Source of the DNA: an uncultured delta proteobacterium
Lineage (GTDB): Bacteria; Myxococcota_A; Polyangia; Polyangiales; Polyangiaceae
DNA: 64,000 nucleotides
Assembly (NCBI GenBank): GCA_963841435.1
Contig: CAWJCS010000005.1
Span: 96,001-160,000, forward strand
Reading direction: 5' to 3'
Notes under the pieces: generated by a model
Databases searched by the model: none
Seen by the model: only the letters and a program-made list of their open reading frames with translations
Told to the model about the DNA's origin: nothing
Translations under genes and position numbers: made by a program
Shown here: positions 10,377 through 20,106 of the stretch, piece by piece
Layout: the number at the start of each line of letters is the position of its first letter
How positions within the stretch are numbered: the first letter of the stretch is position 1

Positions 10377-11780
10377 TTACCAGCCGAGCTTGCCCTTGAG
10401 CTCGGCCGTGACCACCGTCGCCATTTTCTCGTGGCGCGCGAGGCTGGGGTGCCAGTCGCAGCCGAAGCCGTCCGAGCCGTCCTGCGTCGGAATGTCGAAG
10501 GTCGAGATCTTCGGATCGGCGAGCGTCGTCACGACCTCCAGCATGTAGCCCTTGAGCTTCGCGAGATCGGGGTCCGTGAGCATGGGGCCGTTGGTGAGGA
10601 GAATGTAGGCGTCCGGGTACTTTTCCCGGAGGTGCTGGAGCAGCGCCGTGTAACCGGCCTCGAACATGGACGCGCTCGGATCGACGTCGGTGCTGAAATC
10701 GTTCGTTCCGAGATTGATCACGACGGCGTCCGGCACGAATCGCGAAAAATCCCAGACGCTGTCGCTCCTCGAGGGCAACACGCGATCGTAGTAGATGGGC
10801 AAGGGATCGTTGCAGCTGCTCGCGTCGTCACCGTAGTTGCAAACAGCACCCTTGCCCGACCAGGCAACCGTGCTGAGCTCGGCACCGAGGTTTCGCGCCG
10901 TGATGGCGGCGTAGGTGAGGTAGTGGTTCTCGGTGGCGGCCGAGAACGAGCAGTTCATGTCCGGGCCCTCGTCGCCGTAGCCGCAGGTGATCGAATCACC
11001 GATAAACTCGAGGCGGCGCGTGGGCACGCTCGGCGCGAGCAGGGTGCCACCGCCGAAGTCGAACCCCATGAACACCGACTCGCCCTGGCTCGCTTCGGTG
11101 CGGCGGTAGAGCTCCACGGTGTGCGTGCCCGCGTCGAGGCCCGTCGCCAGCGCGTTCATGCCACTCGTCGCGACGAGCTTTGGCTGCACCGCGCCGTCGA
11201 TGACCACGGTGTACTCCTGGCCGCCACCGAGCGCCGCGCCGACGGACGTGCCGTCGAACCGAGCGACCGCGCCCGTGCCGGACCACGCGAAGCGGACGTT
11301 CGCCGGGTCGCTGTCGTCGACGCGGCCGACGAAGTGCACGGCCGGGTCACCCGTGGGGGCGCCTCCGCCGCCCGAGGAGCCGCCCGTCGCCGAGCCGCCC
11401 GTCGCCGAGCCGCCCGTCGCCGCGCCGCCTGCCGAGCCGCCCGTCGCCGAGCCGCCCGCGCCGCCCGCCGTGCCGCCCATGCCCGCGCTGCCGCCGGAGG
11501 CTCCCGAGCCCGCCGTGCCTCCCGAAGCCCCGGAGCCGGACGAGCCGCCCGTCGCCGAGCCGCCCGTCGCCGAGCCGCCCATGCCCCCGGTTCCCGCGCC
11601 TTCACCGCTCGAGCCGCCCGCGGCGGAGGTGCCGCCCGAGCCCGTCCCTCCGGTGACCCCCTGCCCGGCTCCGGCATTTTGCGCGGCGTCGCCGCCCGAG
11701 CGCTTCTCGGAGCACGAAAGCAGCGAGGCCCCGGCCACGACCAAAGCAAGCAGAGAACCGCGCGCGCTGAAGGGTTGCAC
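10377..11780 (-). CDS. Lipoprotein SGNH/GDSL esterase (CE2-like acetylxylan esterase) with Gly/Ser/Thr tether
   Basis: Lipobox LLSC; ~110-aa GGSAT linker; RRTE, FIGDSITCGYG, AWSGKG, NLGTND and DWHP motifs. Start uncertain. Confidence 0.88.
   Translation of the reverse strand: MQPFSARGSLLALVVAGASLLSCSEKRSGGDAAQNAGAGQGVTGGTGSGGTSAAGGSSGEGAGTGGMGGSATGGSATGGSSGSGASGGTAGSGASGGSAGMGGTAGGAGGSATGGSAGGAATGGSATGGSATGGSSGGGGAPTGDPAVHFVGRVDDSDPANVRFAWSGTGAVARFDGTSVGAALGGGQEYTVVIDGAVQPKLVATSGMNALATGLDAGTHTVELYRRTEASQGESVFMGFDFGGGTLLAPSVPTRRLEFIGDSITCGYGDEGPDMNCSFSAATENHYLTYAAITARNLGAELSTVAWSGKGAVCNYGDDASSCNDPLPIYYDRVLPSRSDSVWDFSRFVPDAVVINLGTNDFSTDVDPSASMFEAGYTALLQHLREKYPDAYILLTNGPMLTDPDLAKLKGYMLEVVTTLADPKISTFDIPTQDGSDGFGCDWHPSLARHEKMATVVTAELKGKLGW
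11375..11580 (-). repeat. Low-complexity coding repeat (GGSAT units)
   Basis: Several copies of the 15-mer gccgcccgtcgccga within the esterase linker. Confidence 0.7.
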
Positions 11781-11876
11781 GAGCAGACAGCGTAGCCCAC
11801 GACGCCATCGTCGCCAGTTCTCATCCGTCGCGGCCGAGCGCACATTTTGCGAACGTCCCGAGCCCCACGTGGGGGC

Positions 11877-12743
11877 TCAGTGCTCGTCGGCGCTCTCGAT
11901 CGCGCGAAGCTCCGCTTCGGTGAGCGGCAAGAGATCGTACGCCGCGAGATCGGCGCGCGCGTGCTCGGCGCTCGACGTGCCCGTGAGCGGCAGCATGCCA
12001 ATTTCGAGCGCGAAGCGGAACAAGACCTGGGCCCCCGTCGCACCGAGACGCTGCGCGCACGCCCGCACGCTTGGGTGCGCGAGCACGCGGGCATTCGCCG
12101 TGAGCAGCGAGAAACCCTGATAACGGATGCCGCTCTTGCGGCAAAAGTCGCGCACGTCGCGATCCCAGCCCGAATTGGCGTAGCAGCGGTTCTGGACGAA
12201 GCTCGGGCGTAAGACCTCGGTGCGAACGAGCTCTTCGAGCTGATCGAGGCCGAAGTTGCTCACGCCGACGAGCCGCACACCGCCGGCTGACTTGAGCTCG
12301 CCCATCGCGTGCCACGCCTCGTGATCGCGCGATGCGAGCCCGCGCCGCAACATCGGTCCATGGAGGACGAGCGAGTCGAGATAGTCGGTACCGAGGTGCT
12401 CGAGCGAGCTCTGAAACGACTGGTGCACCTGCGTGCGAGCGTCGGCAGCGGCATCGTACGGCAGGCGATGATCCTGCCCACCCTGATGCGTGAACTTGCT
12501 CTGCAAGAAGAGCTGGCTCCGCGCGACACCGCGCGCGATCGCTCCTCGCACGGCCGCACCGACGCCGGCCTCGAAGTAGTGACGCCGCTGATTGGCGGTA
12601 TCGATGGCACGAAAGCCGAGCTCGAGCGCCTGCGTCGTGAGCCGCTCGGTGTCGTCCTCCTTCCACGCCGTGCCGTAAAAGAACGTGGGAACCGGCACGC
12701 CCTCGACGATGACCTCGCGCTCGACTCGCTTCGTCTTCGCCAT
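11877..12743 (-). CDS. Aldo/keto reductase
   Basis: GFRAIDTA, LFLQSK, SLEHLGTDYLDSLVLH and VGVSN. Confidence 0.9.
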   Translation of the reverse strand: MAKTKRVEREVIVEGVPVPTFFYGTAWKEDDTERLTTQALELGFRAIDTANQRRHYFEAGVGAAVRGAIARGVARSQLFLQSKFTHQGGQDHRLPYDAAADARTQVHQSFQSSLEHLGTDYLDSLVLHGPMLRRGLASRDHEAWHAMGELKSAGGVRLVGVSNFGLDQLEELVRTEVLRPSFVQNRCYANSGWDRDVRDFCRKSGIRYQGFSLLTANARVLAHPSVRACAQRLGATGAQVLFRFALEIGMLPLTGTSSAEHARADLAAYDLLPLTEAELRAIESADEH

Positions 12744-12841
12744 GTCGCTCGAGGCGACGATAGGCCCGACGGAGGCTTCGGGCTACTCGGCCCAGGGCAA
12801 CCGCCCAACGGAGGCGAGGCCATGCGCGAGCGGCGCCCGCT

Positions 12842-14065
12842 CTAACCGTCGGCTTCGACGAGCGCCTTCTGCACGCGGCGGCGGTACGTGCCGGGGGGCA
12901 CGCCCATCTCACGCTGGAACGCGACACTCAAGAGCGCGGCGTTCGTGAAGCCGCTGCGCTTGGCGATTTCCCGCAGGCTCGCCTGACTCGACTCGAGAAG
13001 GCGCCGCGCCACCTCCACGTGGGCGCGGCGGACCTCTTCCTGGACGGTGCGGTCGAGCAAGGCGCGAAACCGCCGCTCGAGCCGCTGGCGCCCACCACCC
13101 ACCGCGCGCGCCACCATGGGAACCGTGAGGCGACGCTCGGAGTTCGCGCGAATCCAGCGCACGGCCTCGGCGACGAGTGGGTCCTCGATCGCGAAAAGCT
13201 CGGACGAGCGCCGGGGCACGACCGTGACCGGTGAAACGACGATGCGCTCGCCCGCGATCGACTTGCCGGCAAGGGCAAGGCCAACGAGCGACGCCGCGGC
13301 AGCCCCCGCCTCGCGGAACGGGATCATGACGCTCGAGAGCTGGGGCGACATCAGCTCGCATTCGAGAACGTCGTTGTCCGCGCCGACGAGCGCGATGTCC
13401 TCGGGAATGCGCACGCCGGCGGCGCGCGCGTAGCGCATCACGGCATTCGCCCAGGCGTCGGCACAGGTGAAGACGCCGCAGGGCTTGGGCAGCGCGCGCA
13501 ACCACGCGATGATATCCTCGGGGTCCTCGAGCCGACTCGGCCTTCCCCGCTCGTTGCTCCCCCAGCCCGGCGTCGCCCGAGCTCCCCCGGCGCACGCCCG
13601 CGCGATGAAGCTCCGCTCGCGCTCCACGGCGAACGGCGACTCGTCGAAGCGAAATGTGGTGACCTCTTTGAGCCCGGTCGCGAGCAGATGCTCGGCGGCG
13701 AGGACGGCGACACGCGCGTCGTCGATGCAAGCGGACGCGATGCCGTCCTGGCTGCGATCCACTGGCACCGACACGAGCGCGGCGGGAGCGAGCTCGACCA
13801 ATGACTCGGCGGAAATCTCGGGCCCGACCACCGCGGCGTCCGGAGCCCATTCGCGCGCGAGCCAGCCGAGATCAACGGGGGGATGGTAGTGTAGGAGCGT
13901 CCAGCCGCGCTCGTGTGCGACCGCCATGAAGCCGCGCAAGATGCCGCGCGACCAGGCCGCGTCGGTGCGGAGCAGCACGAGCACGCGTGGACCGGAGGCG
14001 GACGCAAGATGCCGCGCGGAGTCGTTGACTGGAACGCCGGGCTTGGTGGGAGGGATCACCGACAT
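12842..14065 (-). CDS. XylR-type transcriptional regulator (LacI-like sensor plus AraC HTH)
   Basis: LPKPCGVF...D, IPEDIALVGADND, LSSV, RRS(S) and the C-terminal AraC domain (LERRF...IAKRSGF...FQREMGVPPGTYR). Confidence 0.9.
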   Translation of the reverse strand: MSVIPPTKPGVPVNDSARHLASASGPRVLVLLRTDAAWSRGILRGFMAVAHERGWTLLHYHPPVDLGWLAREWAPDAAVVGPEISAESLVELAPAALVSVPVDRSQDGIASACIDDARVAVLAAEHLLATGLKEVTTFRFDESPFAVERERSFIARACAGGARATPGWGSNERGRPSRLEDPEDIIAWLRALPKPCGVFTCADAWANAVMRYARAAGVRIPEDIALVGADNDVLECELMSPQLSSVMIPFREAGAAAASLVGLALAGKSIAGERIVVSPVTVVPRRSSELFAIEDPLVAEAVRWIRANSERRLTVPMVARAVGGGRQRLERRFRALLDRTVQEEVRRAHVEVARRLLESSQASLREIAKRSGFTNAALLSVAFQREMGVPPGTYRRRVQKALVEADG

Positions 14066-14348
14066 CTGCGCTGCTCAACGCGGCGAGGGACACTGCGCTC
14101 TCGCGGGCGCGAGAGCCGCGAAGGCAGCCGACGCGGGGCGACCCGCCACCCGACGACCGCACCAGCTCGTGGCGTGGGCAGCGCAGCGAGCGGGCTCCAT
14201 CATCGGCTTTCTCTAGGATTCCCGGCACGTTGCTCTTTGATCCCGCACGTGCGCCCGGGCGCGCTCGGCGGCGGCGCGTCCCGCGCGTCCGAGCTCCCGC
14301 GCCTGCTTCGCTCATGGCCTCCAGGCGTTCCGCTGGAGCTTCAGGCGT

Positions 14349-15635
14349 TCAGTAAGACGAGAAGAGCTCGAACAGGTACTTGGCCGCGAAGTGGGGCCAG
14401 CCGTGGTTCGTGTTGGTGTACTCGGGGTCGGTGTGCTGGCACCAGACGACGGGGAAGCCCGCGTCACAGCCCTGGTACTCGATGCAGTTCGACATCGCGT
14501 CGGTGTAGCCGGAGACGGGCGTGCTCATGCTGCTGCAGTGGTTCAAGGCCACGTAGAAGTCTCGCGTGAGCGGACCGTTCTCGGGGCCGACCACCATGTC
14601 GTTCTTGCCGTGGATGACGACGGCGGTGACCTGGCCCGTGCACTTTCGCTTCGTGGCGTCCAACGGATAGTTGCCCACCGGTTTCGTGGCGCACGGCGCG
14701 GCACCGCGAAGCTTGTCGGCGTGCTCGCAACCGAGGATGCTCGAAAAGTCTCCGCCGGAGCTCTCGCCCGCGACGAACACGCGCGCCTTGTCGACGCAGA
14801 AGCTAGCGGTGATGGTGTCGTAGAGGGGTTGGAAGAACGAAACGTCCCCGGAGCCCCAGCCCGCGCTCGAGTTGGCGGGATGCGGGTAGACGCGGATCCA
14901 CGCATCCTTCGCGCCGATCTGCTCGAACCCGGCATTTTGCTCGGCCCAGCTGATGGGATTGCCGGTCGGATTGAACATGACGAGAACCGGATATGACTTG
15001 GTCGCGTCGTAGCTCGTCGGCAGCTTCACGTAGTACTGATGGCCGGAAACCATGAGGGGGCTTCCCGAGCTGCCAAGCTGAGGATTGGCCTTTCCGCACC
15101 CCGTGCTCGGGTCCGCCGGTGGCTTGCCCGACGTTCCTCCGCCGCCACTCATGCCGCCGCTGCCGGCGCCACTCGCACCGCCAGCTCCGGCGCCACCCGC
15201 GCCCGCTCCCCCGACGCCACCCGTGCCTCCACCTCCCGAACCGCCGACACCGCCCGCGCCCGCACCGCCCGCACCGGCCCCGCCGCTCGAGCCAGCTTGA
15301 CCGCCTCCCGCCGTGCTACCCGCTTGACCGGCGGTCCCCCCCGCTGCCGACGCGCCCGAGCTCCCGCCGACCGCCGCGGAGCCCGCGGTTCCCGAGCCAC
15401 CGCCTACGCCGGCCCCCGCGAACGTTCCGGACGCACCCGCGCTGCCGGCGGCGAGACCGCTACCGCCGGTTCCGCCGCCTACGCCCGCCGACGAGCCCCC
15501 GACTCCGGGCGGGTCCGTCTCGAGCCCGCCCGAGCTGCAGCTCGCAAGGAGCCAAGCGCTACAAAGTGCAAGGGCAGCGGCCGCTGTTCGCTCGCGACCT
15601 AGCTTCGTCCCGCGTGAGACTCCAAGGCTTCGCAT
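14349..15635 (-). CDS. Lipoprotein alpha/beta-hydrolase (feruloyl esterase/PHB-depolymerase-like, CE1-like) with Gly-rich tether
   Basis: Lipobox LLASC; Gly-rich linker; LPTSYD..YPVL, CVDKARVFVAGESSGG nucleophile elbow, IHGKND and HGWP. Confidence 0.85.
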   Translation of the reverse strand: MRSLGVSRGTKLGRERTAAAALALCSAWLLASCSSGGLETDPPGVGGSSAGVGGGTGGSGLAAGSAGASGTFAGAGVGGGSGTAGSAAVGGSSGASAAGGTAGQAGSTAGGGQAGSSGGAGAGGAGAGGVGGSGGGGTGGVGGAGAGGAGAGGASGAGSGGMSGGGGTSGKPPADPSTGCGKANPQLGSSGSPLMVSGHQYYVKLPTSYDATKSYPVLVMFNPTGNPISWAEQNAGFEQIGAKDAWIRVYPHPANSSAGWGSGDVSFFQPLYDTITASFCVDKARVFVAGESSGGDFSSILGCEHADKLRGAAPCATKPVGNYPLDATKRKCTGQVTAVVIHGKNDMVVGPENGPLTRDFYVALNHCSSMSTPVSGYTDAMSNCIEYQGCDAGFPVVWCQHTDPEYTNTNHGWPHFAAKYLFELFSSY

Positions 15636-15950
15636 GTTCGCGGCGGATCAATTCCCGCGAGCCAAGACTTCGATCGGCATCCGGAGCTTCGAGGCTGAAT
15701 GATCCCGAGGCCGGCGAACGCCAAGAGAATCCTACAGCGCGGCCAAAATGGAGCTTCGAAATCCGCGCGCCAAGAGTCCCGATTTGGGTCGGCCTGCAAT
15801 GTCAGGACATGACCAGGTCGCTCGGTGAATTGGCGCTCCGGACAGAAAGATTCGGAAATCCTCGAAACACCCCGAGGCGACGATGTAGGTGAGTGAGGTA
15901 CGCGCCCATTCTGCCTGTTGCTTTGGCCCGACGCGTGTCATGAAAAAGTA

Positions 15951-16538
15951 ATGTCGATGCCCGCGCCGCGCTCGCTTGGGAACAAGGCGGCGGAGCGCAT
16001 CAGCGAGGCCGGTCCGCGCACCAGGCCGCTCGACATCGAAGATCTGTTTCGACTCCACTCACCCGCCATCGCGTCCGTCGGCCTCGCCATGCTCCAGAGT
16101 GCCGAGGAGGCGGACGATCTGGTCCAGGACGTCTTCGTGCGTGCCTGGCTCGCCATCGATCGACTGGAAGATCGCGAACAGGCGAGACCCTGGCTGATGA
16201 CGATCGCCATCCGGCTCGCGCGGACGCGGCTCAGGCGGCGCAAGCTCACGCGACTGCTTTTTCGCAGCGACGAACCCGACTTCGAGCACATTGCGGCACC
16301 GGGCTCCCTTCCCGAGCATCGAGACCTCGTCAAACGCCTCTACCTGATCCTCGATACGATCCCCGTCGACCTTCGCATCGCCTGGGTGCTGCGCCACGTT
16401 CAGGAAGAGACGGTCCAGAGCGTCGCCGCGCTGTGTGGGTGGTCGCTGTCCACCGCGAAGCGTCGCCTTCAAGCCGCGGAGACGCGCGTGTCCGTCAAGC
16501 TGAGCTTGGCGACCCAGGAACGGAGGCCACTCCCGTGA
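15951..16538 (+). CDS. ECF RNA polymerase sigma factor (copy A)
   Basis: Region 2 EADDLVQDVF..WL..IA and region 4 HTH LCGWSLSTAKRRL. Confidence 0.92.
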   Translation: MSMPAPRSLGNKAAERISEAGPRTRPLDIEDLFRLHSPAIASVGLAMLQSAEEADDLVQDVFVRAWLAIDRLEDREQARPWLMTIAIRLARTRLRRRKLTRLLFRSDEPDFEHIAAPGSLPEHRDLVKRLYLILDTIPVDLRIAWVLRHVQEETVQSVAALCGWSLSTAKRRLQAAETRVSVKLSLATQERRPLP

Positions 16539-17705
16539 CCGAGCTCCCTGTCGAGAAGCACGTCCAGGCAGCGCAACGCGAAATCCGCGTACGGGCCTGG
16601 GACGATGCGCGCGTGAGCTCGGCGTGGCAAGAGCTCGCGGGACGGCGCGCGGACGCGGTCCGGACCCGGCAGCGTGCGACCCAGCTCGGCGCCTCGCTCG
16701 CGCTCGCGGCGGCCATCGCGTTCGCGTTCTTCGGATGGCGCGCGATCCGCCCCCACGCCGCACCCCCCGGCACCGAAACGGCCTCGAACGCGCCCGGCGA
16801 ACGCCGCATCGAGCTCGGTGATGCGACCGACGTGGCATTCGACCCCGGCGCCAACGTCGACGTGCGAGAGCGCACCGGCACGCGAATCGTCGTGGCGGTG
16901 GGCTCCGGGGCGGCGCGTTTTCGCGTGCGGCACGATCCCCGTCGCGTGTTCCGCGTCGAAGCGAGCGGCGTCGAGATTGAAGATTCTCGGCACGACGTTC
17001 GAGGTCGAAAACCTCGGGTCGTCCGTCCGTGTCGCGGTGAGGGAGGGCTCGGTGTCCGTGAGCTTCCGCGAGTCCGAGGGCAGCGTGCGGACCACGAAGG
17101 TGCTCGAAGCCGGCGAGCGTGGCGTCTACCCAGCCAAGGTCGTCCCTGCTCCCGCCGCCGCGGTCGAGCAACCGGCTTCAGTCGAAAGCCCGGAGCCGGC
17201 CCGAACGGCCAACGCAACGCGTCCCGGCGTCGAGGCCGCACCGACGGCGGACTGGCGTGAGCTCAAGCGCGCGGGAAAGCACGCACGAGCCTACGAGCTC
17301 CTGCAGCCCCGTGGTTTCCGCGACGTGCGCGACGAACCGGGAGATTTGTTGCTCGCGTCCGACGTCGCGCGTCTTTCGCATCACCCGGCAGAGGCAGCCA
17401 TGCTGCTGCGCAAGCTCGTGGCGGGGCACTCGCGGGATCCGCGCGCGCCGTCGGCCGCCTTCACGCTCGGCTGGGTGCTCTTCAAGGACCTCGGCCGTCC
17501 GCGCGAAGCCGCCGCTGCTTTCTCGCGCGCCGAAGCACTCGCACCCAGCGGCAATCTGGCTGAGGACGCGCTCGCTCGCGCCATCGAGGCCTTTTACCGG
17601 GCCGGAGACAAGTCGCGCGCCCGGGCGGAGCTCGAGCGTTACGAGCGGACCCACCCGCACGGAAGACACCAGGCATCGCTCGAGCGGCTCGTGGGCACTC
17701 CCTGA
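16535..17705 (+). CDS. FecR-domain anti-sigma factor with C-terminal TPR-like domain; apparent frameshift ~16985
   Basis: GTGA coupling; one TM helix; FecR core (ARFRVRHDPRRVFRVEA..VEIED|LGTTFEV..VREGSV); helical C-terminus (APSAAFTLG..AEDALAR..YERTHPHGRH). One extra T in GATTCTC. Confidence 0.88.
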
Positions 17706-17812
17706 GAGCACCGCCCCCAGGGGGGCGCTCTGGACGCGGACTTTTCGCGACAAATGCCGTAAACCTACCGAGGGTGCCGGAAGGCCGAGTCGAGGTGCCC
17801 ACCACGAAGATC

Positions 17813-18592
17813 ATGCGCGCGTGTTCCACCTCGAGCCGCACCGCCTGCCATCTGGCCATGTGCACACTTTCGATGGCGCTCGGCGCGTGCGGAGAGACGA
17901 CGATCTCCATCGAAGACCCCGAGCGAGGCCCGGACCTCGACCTCGGGCTACTCGCGTATCTCCGCTTGGACGAGGCCACGGCAGGAGACCAGGCGTTCGA
18001 TTCATCTGGTCACGGCCACGACGGCAGCCCATCTGCGGACCCCCCGGTCCCATCCTCCTCGGTTCCGCCGGTTGGCTTCACGGATCCGCGAAGCCTCAGC
18101 TTCGACGGTCTCGCGCAGCTCGTCGATCTCGGCGGCCCCGCGACCCTCGACGTTGCGGGCAATGTCACTCTCTCGGCGTGGATCCGGCCACGCGCGCTGA
18201 ACGGCTACCGAAATGTCATCGCGCACGGCTTCCGCTGGTCCCCCAATGGCGACCTTTCGCTACGCATCTACGCGGGGGACTACGAGTTTACGGCTTGGGA
18301 CAGCGTGGACCACATGGCGAGCGCGGCGGTTCCCGAAGGCGACGTCAACACGTGGCACCACATCGCCGGCGTCTACGACGGTGAGAGCTACCGGCTCTAC
18401 CGCGACGGCGAGCTTCTCGCCGAGCACGCGGACACCTTCACGCCGATGCAATTCGATGCGCCCTGGGCAATCGGCGGGCGCTCCGCGACCGACCCCTCCG
18501 AAGGCCGCTACTTCGACGGCTTCATCGACGACGTTCGAATCTACGCGCGCGCGTTGTCGGCGGACGAGGTCCGCGCGCTGTTCCGCCGCTGA
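17813..18592 (+). CDS. LamG/concanavalin A-like lectin-domain lipoprotein
   Basis: Lipobox ALGAC; DSSG.GH.G, TLSAWI, WHHIAGVYDG, LYRDG and FDGFIDDVRIYARALS. Confidence 0.88.
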   Translation: MRACSTSSRTACHLAMCTLSMALGACGETTISIEDPERGPDLDLGLLAYLRLDEATAGDQAFDSSGHGHDGSPSADPPVPSSSVPPVGFTDPRSLSFDGLAQLVDLGGPATLDVAGNVTLSAWIRPRALNGYRNVIAHGFRWSPNGDLSLRIYAGDYEFTAWDSVDHMASAAVPEGDVNTWHHIAGVYDGESYRLYRDGELLAEHADTFTPMQFDAPWAIGGRSATDPSEGRYFDGFIDDVRIYARALSADEVRALFRR

Positions 18593-18663
18593 ACGCCGAT
18601 GACGGGAGCGACGCGGCCGTCGCAAGCACGCCGGTCCGGTTCGGCGCCGACGGCTCCGTCGGC

Positions 18664-20106
18664 CTACGCGAGCATCGCGCTGATCTGGCCGCCCGAAAGA
18701 CCGCTCCCACCGAAGCTCTCGTAGGGCCCGCCGTTGTCGGTGCAGCCGACGGCGGTGAGGAGCGTGTTGTGCAGCTTGTTGTTCCCGACGCTCCCCGCGT
18801 TGACGAATTGGCCCTGCTTCAGGTACCCGCCCGCGCTGCCCGCGATGATGATCGGCAAGTTGTTGAAGCTGTGCGAGGGGCCGACCGCCACGTGGCTCGT
18901 CCACAGCGCGAACGCGTTGTCGAGCAGGGGACCGTTCGGCGTCGAGTACTGCTCCCACTTGTCGAGCAAGTACTTGAACGATTCGATGCGCAGCCGGTCG
19001 ATCGCCGCGTGTTGATCGACGGCGCCCGGGATGGCCGCGCCGGACGTACCGTCGCTCTGGATGCGATGGCTGATCCAGTGGAAGCGTTCGAGCAGCTGCC
19101 CGTCGATCGTGTAGCGCGTCGCGTCGGTACCGTCACCGACCTGCAGCGTTGCGACGCGTGTTGCGTTGCAGGAAAACGCAAAGGCGACGAGCTCCATCTG
19201 CAATTTTGCCACGTCCTCGGCCGCGCCGTTCTGACGGAAAGCCTGACCCGTGTTCATCGCCTGGATGGCCTGGACGTCGAGGCCGTCGGCGGAGCATTCG
19301 AGCCCCATCTGCATCATGGTGTTTTCCACGTCGCGAATGGACTGGAAGTGCTGATCGAGCCTATCGCGATCGGCTTGGCTGAGCTCGGGTCGATTGCGCA
19401 GCGAGTTCAGCTCTTCGCGGATCAAGTCGTTGACGCTGTTGCGACGGAGCGCCAGCCGATCGGCCGTGCCGGTGCCACTGCTACCGCCGCTGCCACCCGT
19501 CGTTCCCGATCCAACGAGCCCCACGAGGCGCTGGTAGACGTTGTAGGGATTTCCTTCGGCAGCGCGAACTTGCCCAGGGGCGCTGAAGGAAAGCTTTTCG
19601 TTGATGAAGCCACCCTTCAGCCCCGAATAAAGCGTCAGGGGATCCACGCCCGCGGGGTTGAGCTGCTCTGCGATCACCGTATCGACGGAAACGCTGGACG
19701 CCGTCAACTTGTTGTCCGTCCCATTCGGCTTGGACGCCGTGAGACACTGCACGAGCCCTTGGGCGTGCCCGCAGCCGCCGAGCCCGTACGGGTAGTTCAC
19801 GCCACGGACGATGAGCAGCCTCGCGGCGTGATCGGCGAGGATCCCCGTGCAGCGATCCGCGGCAAATGCCTGCATCGACTCGGTGGTGAGGGGCCCATCG
19901 GCGGTCGGCCAGAACTTTTCCGGATCGCCCCCCGACTTTTGCACGACGCCGCAAGACGTGCAGATGAAGAACGCGAAGCGAGGCGTCTCCGCTTGGGCGA
20001 AGGCCGAGCGTTCCGGCATCCCCTCGAGAAACGGGAGGCCCACGCCGAGCGTTCCCGCGGCCCGCAGGAACGCGCGCCGGTTGACGTGCGGGCGCTTGGG
20101 GCTCAC
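18664..20106 (-). CDS. DUF1552 (HXXSHH) protein, Tat-exported (pair 1)
   Basis: NRRAFLRAAG..LPFLE twin-arginine signal; CGHAQG, LDQHFQSIRDVE, FHWISH and SH....PIIIAG. Confidence 0.88.
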   Translation of the reverse strand: MSPKRPHVNRRAFLRAAGTLGVGLPFLEGMPERSAFAQAETPRFAFFICTSCGVVQKSGGDPEKFWPTADGPLTTESMQAFAADRCTGILADHAARLLIVRGVNYPYGLGGCGHAQGLVQCLTASKPNGTDNKLTASSVSVDTVIAEQLNPAGVDPLTLYSGLKGGFINEKLSFSAPGQVRAAEGNPYNVYQRLVGLVGSGTTGGSGGSSGTGTADRLALRRNSVNDLIREELNSLRNRPELSQADRDRLDQHFQSIRDVENTMMQMGLECSADGLDVQAIQAMNTGQAFRQNGAAEDVAKLQMELVAFAFSCNATRVATLQVGDGTDATRYTIDGQLLERFHWISHRIQSDGTSGAAIPGAVDQHAAIDRLRIESFKYLLDKWEQYSTPNGPLLDNAFALWTSHVAVGPSHSFNNLPIIIAGSAGGYLKQGQFVNAGSVGNNKLHNTLLTAVGCTDNGGPYESFGGSGLSGGQISAMLA